Of a DNA stretch of 29,890 bases, positions 19,406 to 26,875 are shown piece after piece; position 1 is the stretch's first letter; the number at the start of each line of letters is the position of its first letter. Source of the stretch: a virus (taxonomy: Duplodnaviria; Heunggongvirae; Uroviricota; Caudoviricetes). The position numbers and the translations under genes were made by a program. A model generated the notes under the pieces. That model was given only the letters and a program-made list of their open reading frames with translations. It searched no databases and was not told where the DNA came from. The stretch is from IMG/VR virus record IMGVR_UViG_2778261248_000002; one strand, given 5' to 3'.

Positions 19406-20439
19406 TGAGCAAGAAAAAAGGAAAAACACCGCAACCTGCGGCAAAAAAAAAGACCGCCAGCGCCCCGAAAATGGAGGCATTCACCTTTGGTGAGCCGGTG
19501 CCGGTACTCGACCGCCGTGACATTCTGGATTACGTCGAGTGCATCAGTAACGGCAGATGGTATGAGCCACCGGTCAGCTTTACCGGTCTGGCAAAAAGCC
19601 TGCGTGCTGCCGTGCATCACAGCTCACCGATTTACGTCAAACGTAATATTCTGGCCTCGACATTTATCCCGCATCCGTGGCTTTCCCAGCAGGATTTCAG
19701 CCGCTTTGTGCTGGATTTTCTGGTGTTCGGTAATGCGTTTCTGGAAAAGCGTTACAGCACCACCGGTAAGGTCATCAGACTGGAAACCTCACCGGCAAAA
19801 TATACCCGCCGTGGCGTGGAAGAGGATGTTTACTGGTGGGTGCCGTCCTTCCATGAGCCGACACCTTTCGCGCCCGGCTCCGTGTTTCACCTGCTGGAGC
19901 CGGATATTAATCAGGAGCTGTACGGCCTGCCGGAATATCTCAGCGCCCTTAACTCTGCCTGGCTGAATGAGTCGGCCACGCTGTTCCGCCGCAAGTATTA
20001 CGAAAACGGCGCACATGCCGGATACATCATGTACGTCACCGATGCCGTGCAGGATCGCAACGATATCGAAATGCTCCGCGAAAACATGGTGAAGTCGAAA
20101 GGCCGCAACAACTTTAAAAATCTGTTTCTCTATGCCCCGCAAGGGAAAGCCGACGGCATTAAAATTATCCCGCTCAGTGAAGTGGCGACGAAGGACGATT
20201 TTTTTAATATCAAAAAAGCCAGCGCCGCAGACCTGCTGGACGCACACCGCATCCCCTTTCAGTTGATGGGCGGCAAGCCGGAGAACGTCGGGTCACTGGG
20301 AGATATTGAGAAAGTGGCAAAGGTCTTTGTCCGCAATGAGCTTATCCCGTTACAGGACAGGATCCGCGAGATAAACGGCTGGCTCGGTCAGGAGGTCATC
20401 CGCTTTAAAAACTACTCACTGGACACTGACAACGGCTGA
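19405..20439 (+). CDS. Q: portal (capsid vertex) protein Q
   Basis: 344 aa. Followed by a strong intrinsic terminator and then cos, as at the P2 left end. Confidence 0.9.
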   Translation: MSKKKGKTPQPAAKKKTASAPKMEAFTFGEPVPVLDRRDILDYVECISNGRWYEPPVSFTGLAKSLRAAVHHSSPIYVKRNILASTFIPHPWLSQQDFSRFVLDFLVFGNAFLEKRYSTTGKVIRLETSPAKYTRRGVEEDVYWWVPSFHEPTPFAPGSVFHLLEPDINQELYGLPEYLSALNSAWLNESATLFRRKYYENGAHAGYIMYVTDAVQDRNDIEMLRENMVKSKGRNNFKNLFLYAPQGKADGIKIIPLSEVATKDDFFNIKKASAADLLDAHRIPFQLMGGKPENVGSLGDIEKVAKVFVRNELIPLQDRIREINGWLGQEVIRFKNYSLDTDNG

Positions 20440-20444
20440 ACATC

Positions 20445-20466
20445 GCCGCCTGCGGGCGGCTTTTTT
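20445..20466 (+). terminator. rho-independent terminator after portal gene Q
   Basis: GCCGCC-tgcg-GGCGGC perfect 6-bp GC stem with 4-nt loop, followed by TTTTTT (20461-20466), 6 nt after the Q stop. Confidence 0.75.
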
Positions 20467-20608
20467 ACAACCCGTCATCACGCCCTCACACGCTCACCAC
20501 CGCGCAAAACAGCCCGCAGACAAACCAACGCCCCGGCGCACAATCTAAACGCCATCACGACGCGCTCAGACGCTGAAAAAATAAAATCAGCACCACCGCC
20601 AGCGCGCA

Positions 20609-20627
20609 GTGCTTTCCCCGCCTCGCC
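20609..20627. other. cos site, 19-nt cohesive-end sequence (P2/P4 type)
   Basis: Plus strand GTGCTTTCCCCGCCTCGCC is the reverse complement of GGCGAGGCGGGGAAAGCAC, which I recall as the P2/P4 cohesive end. Flanking sequence (minus strand: ...ggaaagcactgcgcgctggcggtggtgctgatttt...) resembles the P2/P4 genome left end from memory. Confidence 0.8.
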
Positions 20628-20834
20628 CGCCCGCTTCATGGGGCGCTTTTAATGCAGTTTCATGAATACGTTGGAAGCGCGCCAGACGTCACGGACAATA
20701 CTTCAAATAAGTAAAGCTAATGCATGCAAAAAAATTCACGTCCATGCATACACCAGAAACTGCCATTTATAAGGATGATGTATGCAGTAGCCATATAAAA
20801 AGCTATACTCTTGCCGGTTTATCAGGGGGAGAAA

Positions 20835-21818
20835 ATGCCAAAAGCTGTATCATTGTTCTCGGGTTGTGGTGGTTCCGATGCTGGATTAAGCAAAGCTGGT
20901 TTCGACATCGTTATGGCAAACGATATTTTGCCATATGCGAGAGAGGTTTATCTCGCAAACCTACCAGAAACAGATTACCTAATCCAAGATATCCGAGAAG
21001 TTGAAAAATTTCCGAGTGCAGACCTTCTTGTTGGATGCTATCCATGCCAAGGATTTAGCCAAGGTGGCGCACGTCTTGCGGACAGGAGTATAAATTTTTT
21101 ATATAAAGAGTTTGCACGTGCATTAACCAATATTCAACCTAAAGCATTTATTGTCGAAAATGTTTCAGGTATGAGAAATAGTACATTTAAGCATCTACTC
21201 GATGATCAAATAAAACGCTTCTCCAATGCTGGTAATATAGGCTATAAAGTTGTTTGGAATATACTCAAAGCTCACCACTACGGTGTACCGCAAGAGCGTA
21301 AGAGATTAATAATTGTAGGTATTCGTAACGACTTCGACCTAGAATATAAATTCCCTGAAGCCACACATGGTGAGGAAAAATCATTACCTTATGTAACAAT
21401 CGGTGAAGCACTAAAGGGATTACCTGAATGGCCAATCGGTGAGTTTTGTGATGACCCATTTCACTGGTACTATTTATCTAGGAATAGACGCCGCAACTGG
21501 GACGAAGTTAGTAAAACTATCGTAAGTAATCTTCGTCATATTCCCTTGCATCCCATCAGCCCCGAATTAAAAAAAGTGGGTATAGACAAGTGGGAGTTTA
21601 TAACAAACTCGCCAGCCAGACGCTTCTCTTATAAAGAAGCGGCGATTCTGCAAGGGTTTAGTAAAGAATATACCAATCATGGTGGTTATCTAACTTTTCC
21701 TGACATGGATAGTTTTGGGGCCGCACGGATGTTAAAAGAGAGATATAAGGTCGTAGGTAATGCAGTTCCACCACCTTTGTTTGAAGCGGTTGTGAGAAAC
21801 ATCCCTGATATATGGTAA
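20835..21818 (+). CDS. DNA (cytosine-5)-methyltransferase
   Basis: 327 aa from ATG 20835, preceded by GGGGGAGA. Motif I FSGCGG, motif IV GCYPCQGFS (catalytic Cys), motif VI ENV, QERKR, C-terminal GNAV. AT-rich codon usage unlike the phage backbone. Confidence 0.9.
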   Translation: MPKAVSLFSGCGGSDAGLSKAGFDIVMANDILPYAREVYLANLPETDYLIQDIREVEKFPSADLLVGCYPCQGFSQGGARLADRSINFLYKEFARALTNIQPKAFIVENVSGMRNSTFKHLLDDQIKRFSNAGNIGYKVVWNILKAHHYGVPQERKRLIIVGIRNDFDLEYKFPEATHGEEKSLPYVTIGEALKGLPEWPIGEFCDDPFHWYYLSRNRRRNWDEVSKTIVSNLRHIPLHPISPELKKVGIDKWEFITNSPARRFSYKEAAILQGFSKEYTNHGGYLTFPDMDSFGAARMLKERYKVVGNAVPPPLFEAVVRNIPDIW

Positions 21819-21819
21819 T

Positions 21820-21841
21820 GGCCCATCACTGGGCCTTTTTT
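21820..21841 (+). terminator. putative intrinsic terminator of the methyltransferase gene
   Basis: GGCCCA-tcac-TGGGCC 6-bp stem followed by TTTTTT, 2 nt after the MTase stop. The stop codon of the convergent 318-aa gene lies inside the hairpin loop. Confidence 0.55.
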
Positions 21842-22782
21842 AATTCTTTACAAAAGGTAATTAACGCATCTAACTCATCCTGCATATCACCAAATTCATC
21901 CTTAAAACGCTCATATGCAATAGTTAAACGGACTCGATCAAATATAATTCCAGCTTCTGCGCTTGCTTCTCTTATCATTTCATCAACTAACACATAAGGT
22001 GTTGAGAAAACTTTAACACACTTAATGTAAGTTAATGGATGAAACCATGGTGTTAACCTTTCAATTTTAATATCCTGAAACTTTGTTGGCCAATCATTAC
22101 CACAAGCGCATTGCCCTAAAGCAAATAAACGTCCATCTCTACCATCCAAAAAATCAACCCATGTAACAAAATCCACACCACAATCTTTAATTCTCAATGC
22201 ATCCTCATCTCTTAAGCCATTCTCTACGCGCCAAGACCATTCTCTTGTATTTGGTGAGATCGAAGAGTTCAGTTTATAAGCTAGTTCCTTATAACTACTA
22301 GGATTTCCATTTGAACGAGGCCAACCAGTATGCATGTGTTTTGCGTGTGAACTAAAAAATTTTGTGAATAATCGCCCAGCCATAACTTCAAAAAATCTAG
22401 GCAACTTAACATTATCTCCTTTTGTTAAATTATTAATTACAGAGACACATAAGCAAAACAGATAAACAAGGGAAGGAGACTCCTTTAATGTTAGATGATT
22501 TTCTTTATATTCAAATGGATACATATCATCCAAAACCTTTGCTCTCCATTGTATATGCTCGGCAATCTGACCAACTAAAAGCTCCTTTCCCTGATCTTCC
22601 ATCATCCATTCTTCTTCCAAATGACCATCTAAATTTTCTAACTCATCATAGATAGTTCCAGCAATTTTATCATCCTCAATTCCTGAGTCTATTGTCGCGC
22701 TAACATCAAGTAATGCATTAAATTCTGCTTGATCCGCATCTGTTGCGAATCCCTGCATTTTAGAGCGTAAACCATAATTCAC
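21826..22782 (-). CDS. hypothetical protein (318 aa), second gene of cargo operon, candidate effector
   Basis: Long ORF in AT-rich DNA, tail-to-tail with the MTase. GTG at 22782 is 2 nt after the upstream gene's TAA, suggesting translational coupling; an alternative ATG at 22758 has no SD. Acidic N-terminus; no family recognisable by eye. Confidence 0.6.
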   Translation of the reverse strand: MNYGLRSKMQGFATDADQAEFNALLDVSATIDSGIEDDKIAGTIYDELENLDGHLEEEWMMEDQGKELLVGQIAEHIQWRAKVLDDMYPFEYKENHLTLKESPSLVYLFCLCVSVINNLTKGDNVKLPRFFEVMAGRLFTKFFSSHAKHMHTGWPRSNGNPSSYKELAYKLNSSISPNTREWSWRVENGLRDEDALRIKDCGVDFVTWVDFLDGRDGRLFALGQCACGNDWPTKFQDIKIERLTPWFHPLTYIKCVKVFSTPYVLVDEMIREASAEAGIIFDRVRLTIAYERFKDEFGDMQDELDALITFCKELKKAQ

Positions 22783-22784
22783 AA

Positions 22785-23960
22785 TTAAAAACCCTCACTA
22801 TCACTTCCAGTAATAGCCTCATTAATTGATACTCTAAAAGATCTAAATTGTTTACTTATTTGCTCAAGATATATATTAAGTTGAATAGCATCCTGCATTG
22901 GTAAATCTTCACGCCCTACCCTCGTAAGACATTCGTCCAATTTACTTCTAATTTCTAACATTAAACTAGTCAACCTATCGCCGATTGGCTGAGTTAGGTC
23001 ATTAATGTCTTCAACATCCTTGCCTTGCTTGAGCAGTATAACTTTTTCTGGAGAAGCAACTATCTCAGCCAAGACACCAAGATTACGAGAGTCTTTAACT
23101 TGTGAGTTTTGTCCTTTATTTTTATTACCAAACATAGCTGTCATTAGAAGCTTCGCATTATCCAATTTCTTTTCATCTATTGGATTAGGGTCTGTAGGAT
23201 TATCTGATAAGCCCACAAAATCCTGAATACTCTTATAACTCAGCAATGTATAAACCCACGAGAATGGATAACTAGTATTGCTCCCTCTCCCTTTCTTCAC
23301 ACTATCATCTTTATTATACTTCCCAGCAGACTCCATTTGTTTAATGAAATTATATCCAGACAAAAGTCTTTTTATAGTGCTATTACGGTCACCAATCATA
23401 GTGGAAATATCAGATACGCTCATATCTCCTTCCTTGATGGTTCGAGATATCCATGCAGCCTTAGCGTATGAATCCCAATCCTTTGTAGATACGATATGCC
23501 TCACACCTAAATATGATATAAGTGATTTTTTATCTACACCATCATCGTCTTCAAAAACTATTGCTGGAACTGGGTCTATTTTAGGGCACCCATGAGAATT
23601 GTATTTATCAATATACTGTTGATGCAGATTAACTTGATCTCTTGCTCTGTCATCATTTTTAAGTATAAGACAGGCAGCCAGCCTTCTATTACCTTCCATT
23701 ACAGTGAATTTCTTATTATTATTTTTCCTCACCACCATTGGCTCAGCAGAAAAATAACCATTCACTGCAATAGAACTTATTACATCAGTAACGCCATAAT
23801 TTTTAACAATATTATTCAGCACATCAACTTGTGTATCAGATGAAGAAGAGTCTTCACCAAAGCGGGGGTTTTCAACATCAAGCTCCAGATCTTCAATATT
23901 AATATATTGAACTGCTTTATGTTTTAATTTATCCTCCACACCTACCGAGTTTTTTTTCAT
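22785..23960 (-). CDS. ParB/Srx-like N-terminal domain + HTH protein (391 aa), first gene of cargo operon
   Basis: ATG at 23960 preceded by GGGGAGGGG. N-terminus matches ParB box motifs (INIEDLELDVENPRFG ... PMVVRK...FTVMEGNRRLAACLIL, compare ParB GERRxRAA). Followed by an HTH-like segment (MSVSDISTMIGDRNSTIKRLL). C-terminal roughly 190 aa unassigned. Confidence 0.7.
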   Translation of the reverse strand: MKKNSVGVEDKLKHKAVQYINIEDLELDVENPRFGEDSSSSDTQVDVLNNIVKNYGVTDVISSIAVNGYFSAEPMVVRKNNNKKFTVMEGNRRLAACLILKNDDRARDQVNLHQQYIDKYNSHGCPKIDPVPAIVFEDDDGVDKKSLISYLGVRHIVSTKDWDSYAKAAWISRTIKEGDMSVSDISTMIGDRNSTIKRLLSGYNFIKQMESAGKYNKDDSVKKGRGSNTSYPFSWVYTLLSYKSIQDFVGLSDNPTDPNPIDEKKLDNAKLLMTAMFGNKNKGQNSQVKDSRNLGVLAEIVASPEKVILLKQGKDVEDINDLTQPIGDRLTSLMLEIRSKLDECLTRVGREDLPMQDAIQLNIYLEQISKQFRSFRVSINEAITGSDSEGF

Positions 23961-24156
23961 ATGTTTACCCCTCCCCTAAATTCTGGAATGCAACAGTGCT
24001 CAACCCTACTCTCGTTTCTGCACACCTAACATACAACAGCTAGTTTTTCCATGATAGCTTTTGCTGTCGATGCTAGACAAGCCAAAGCCTACAGCGGTCT
24101 TATACTATTCTGTTTTAACTGCATACAATCCTACCGTTTATTAACTGATTGTAAAC

Positions 24157-25800
24157 TCAAGCACCACAATCAAAAAAATCAACAGAAGGAAATCCAAGCC
24201 ACTCATCAGCGACCTGATAAGTGAAATGTTTCCCGTCATAATTTACGGTTGCCCCACGCGCCAGCGCCTCAAGCTCCCATCGCTGCGGCCTGATACCGTT
24301 CTGAGCAAGGTCAACGCGGATACGGGTGATTTGCATTCTTTCCGACCGGGTCAGTCTGGCCGATGGTGCAATTTCATGTGGTTTTAACGGGCTTCCGTTT
24401 CTTTGCTGACGGTTTGGCGTTCTCAGGTCGTATTTTAGTGCGCCCCTGAGCGCCCTCACGACCTCCGGTTCATTCCATTCAATAACACCGTCATCAACCA
24501 GATTAAGCACTGCTGCGGCGTGCTCAGAAGGTGTGGGAGCCGGTAACGAAGTATCACCACCGGTGAGCTTTCCACAGTTATTGACAGGACTCCGAGGCGC
24601 GGCGATGCCGCTTTTTAAAGTCAAAGGCTCAACGACCGGAACTTTCGGCACAATGCGCCACTCCGTCGTTCTGGTGATATGAATATGACGCGCGCCGAGA
24701 TGCGGTGCGTAAATGCCGACCACTCTCTCGACCTCTTCCTCGTACTCGTTAACGTCATCCGACGGGCTACGGGCGACCCTGACAGTCTGACAATCGCGCG
24801 GGACATTTGCCCCACCCTGCGCACGGATATACAACGCAAAATCACCACTGTCTGCGGCGGCGTAACGCTCAATACCGGCAATGGTGTTCATCAGCTCCAT
24901 CCGGCGAATTTCAGGATTAGAAATACTGCCCATCACCTTACTGATAAGGTCGATGCGCTCGCCGGTTTCCCTGTTTTCAAGGTCACACGATTTAAGAAAT
25001 TCCAGATTTGCCTGGCGGCGCGCACGCACATCACGAATGGCGTGTTTACTGGCATAAGGAGAACGGTCTTTATTGACCTCCCCGACAGCTATCAGTAACG
25101 CTTCATGCCAGCGCATACGCTGGCCTTTAAGCTGACTAATCCACCACTCATCGTTAAACAGACGGGCAATGGCAGAATATGCCTGCCTCGTGGTCATCTG
25201 TCCTTTACGGTATTTTTTCCAGTAGAGAGGGGAAATATTGAAAGCACGTGCAGCGCCAGCAACATGACCATAGAGGTGAGCCTGCGCCTCATCCGTAAAC
25301 AGCGATTCTTTTTCGCCATGCGCATCCACCCAGGCATCGCAGAGTTCCTCATACATCATGAAAAGCTGCGATGAAATACGGGCGGCAAACTTTTTCAGCT
25401 CCTTATCATTCATCCCCGGCAGACGCGCATAATGGTCACGCTCTGCCAGAAACAGCAACGACGCGTCGGTGTTCATTTCATGGCGCTGATTCACGCGCTC
25501 AATGCGCGGCCATAAACGACGCTGAAAAGTGGATGTGAGGAAATAAAACCCGTGCACCGGGCTTTTATTGCGCCGGATGTAGTCATAGCGTGAAGTAAAC
25601 AGCGAACGCAAAAAGTAAGGCAGGCGGTTAATCGTGGATAAAACACCTTGCACCTGACGCATCTCGTCACGTGTAAGGGGTCTTTCGCGCCCGACGGCCT
25701 CGCGTGGCGCGTTCCATGCATAAGCACCGGTAAACGCCTTACCGGTGCCTGCAGCAAATGCTGAAGGAGGGACAAAACGCCCGGAGGCTTTAACGGCCAT
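24157..25800 (-). CDS. A: replication initiation protein A-like (rolling-circle initiator), apparently shortened
   Basis: 547 aa from ATG 25800 (561 aa from the upstream TTG at 25842). Last and largest gene of the early operon, overlapping orf83. About 200 aa shorter than P2 A (about 761 aa as recalled). Confidence 0.75.
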   Translation of the reverse strand: MAVKASGRFVPPSAFAAGTGKAFTGAYAWNAPREAVGRERPLTRDEMRQVQGVLSTINRLPYFLRSLFTSRYDYIRRNKSPVHGFYFLTSTFQRRLWPRIERVNQRHEMNTDASLLFLAERDHYARLPGMNDKELKKFAARISSQLFMMYEELCDAWVDAHGEKESLFTDEAQAHLYGHVAGAARAFNISPLYWKKYRKGQMTTRQAYSAIARLFNDEWWISQLKGQRMRWHEALLIAVGEVNKDRSPYASKHAIRDVRARRQANLEFLKSCDLENRETGERIDLISKVMGSISNPEIRRMELMNTIAGIERYAAADSGDFALYIRAQGGANVPRDCQTVRVARSPSDDVNEYEEEVERVVGIYAPHLGARHIHITRTTEWRIVPKVPVVEPLTLKSGIAAPRSPVNNCGKLTGGDTSLPAPTPSEHAAAVLNLVDDGVIEWNEPEVVRALRGALKYDLRTPNRQQRNGSPLKPHEIAPSARLTRSERMQITRIRVDLAQNGIRPQRWELEALARGATVNYDGKHFTYQVADEWLGFPSVDFFDCGA

Positions 25801-26065
25801 ATGAGCCAAAAGCCTCTGAACAACGCCTGCTGAGTTGCTCAACCTGCGCGTTTAAATCAGCAAAAGACTTTGCGCTTCCGGTCAGAATATCGTGATGCAT
25901 CAGGCCGGAAACGAGCTGGCTTAATTTCGGATAATAACCAACCACCGCCAGCCATTCCTGACCGGCGTTTTTACCGCTTTCCGCTCTCTTTTTCTCGTGG
26001 AGAATAAACTGAAAGCTGTCACTGGTAACGACATAACGTTCGCCAATTTCAATACGAATACTCAT
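25790..26065 (-). CDS. hypothetical early protein (P2 orf83 position)
   Basis: 91 aa; ATG 26065-26063 overlaps the upstream stop; operon position. Confidence 0.6.
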   Translation of the reverse strand: MSIRIEIGERYVVTSDSFQFILHEKKRAESGKNAGQEWLAVVGYYPKLSQLVSGLMHHDILTGSAKSFADLNAQVEQLSRRCSEAFGSYGR

Positions 26066-26286
26066 GCCATTCTCCGGTAATGCTTGTTTTTTGCTTCAAA
26101 GACTGACTGGCAGGAAACACAACGCGTGGCTGACGGATAAGCCGCACGACGGGCAGCAGGTATTGGCGCGTCACACTCTTCGCAAACCAGCGCAGAAGCA
26201 CCGCAATGTTTTACCCTTGCCGCGTTAATCTGACGCTCCAGTAATTCAGCCTGTTGTTCCTGAATGAAATCTACGTTGTCCGGCAT
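26062..26286 (-). CDS. DksA/TraR-family C4 zinc-finger protein (P2 orf82 position)
   Basis: 74 aa with CEEC...(about 17 aa)...CVSC four-cysteine motif near the C-terminus, preceded by a helical acidic N-terminus. Confidence 0.75.
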   Translation of the reverse strand: MPDNVDFIQEQQAELLERQINAARVKHCGASALVCEECDAPIPAARRAAYPSATRCVSCQSVFEAKNKHYRRMA

Positions 26287-26588
26287 TACCAGTTCCTTTT
26301 GTCGTTAAGGTTCCTGGATACATCAGCGCAATAACTGGCAAGTTCTGTCGTTAATTTTGTCAGTTCATCCACTGAGGAAATTTGCTTGTGGAATACAGCG
26401 CGTTTAACAAGTAAATTGACCACATCAGACAGGAGGTTTAATTCATTCTGATAAATCGCGATAACAGATTCAGTGATGTCGCGTTTTTCTTTATCAAGAC
26501 AAAGTTGAATAAGAGACAAATCGCCATTTTTCATAACGGCGATTTTTAAGGCGTTATTCAGTAATACAACTGAATGAGAACAGGACAT
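26286..26588 (-). CDS. hypothetical early protein (P2 orf81 position)
   Basis: 100 aa from ATG 26588-26586, 1-nt overlap with the upstream stop. The track ORF starts one codon earlier at TTG. Confidence 0.55.
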   Translation of the reverse strand: MSCSHSVVLLNNALKIAVMKNGDLSLIQLCLDKEKRDITESVIAIYQNELNLLSDVVNLLVKRAVFHKQISSVDELTKLTTELASYCADVSRNLNDKRNW

Positions 26589-26812
26589 CAAAGCACCTCC
26601 CCGCGAGACAATCCGATATTGTGAAATTTTTCCGACTCCTGACTGAGCAGCTCGACTATCTCCACGCGGGATAACTCCGCCTTTGTGATATGGCGAATCA
26701 TGGCGTCAAGATGAGAAGAAAAGCGCGTCGCAGCGTCGGCCTGTGCTTCGGTTCTGGCCTGTTGCAGCAGTAATGCGTATATACCGCACTGATTTTCAGA
26801 AACTGTATGCAT
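26588..26812 (-). CDS. hypothetical early protein (P2 orf80 position)
   Basis: 74 aa from ATG 26812, preceded by GGAG at -8. Upstream track extension rejected. Confidence 0.55.
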
Positions 26813-26875
26813 GACTTTCTCCAGACAAAAAGAAGCCCCGCACAATTAAGTGCGTTAAAAACTCTGGTTAATTAC

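Noticed and set aside
23005-23843. Plus-strand ORFs (73, 105, 83 aa) inside the ParB-like gene
   Set aside because: Low-complexity Ile/Leu/Phe/Ser-rich translations of AT-rich antisense sequence; no SD; the minus-strand gene has a strong SD and a coherent domain organisation.
22785-23960. Interpretation of the ParB-like gene as part of a plasmid-type partition system
   Set aside because: No ParA/Walker ATPase gene nearby; the element is an integrating P2-like prophage with int/att machinery, so a segregation role is unlikely.
25801-25842. TTG-initiated 14-codon N-terminal extension of gene A
   Set aside because: The first in-frame ATG is at 25800; the TTG start would give a 52-nt overlap with orf83 and has no better SD. 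Kept as an alternative only.
26839-26854. Short hairpin CGCAC-aattaa-GTGCG between B and orf80, considered as an intra-operon terminator
   Set aside because: Only a 5-bp stem, and the T-run on the transcribed strand begins several nt after the stem; too weak to call.
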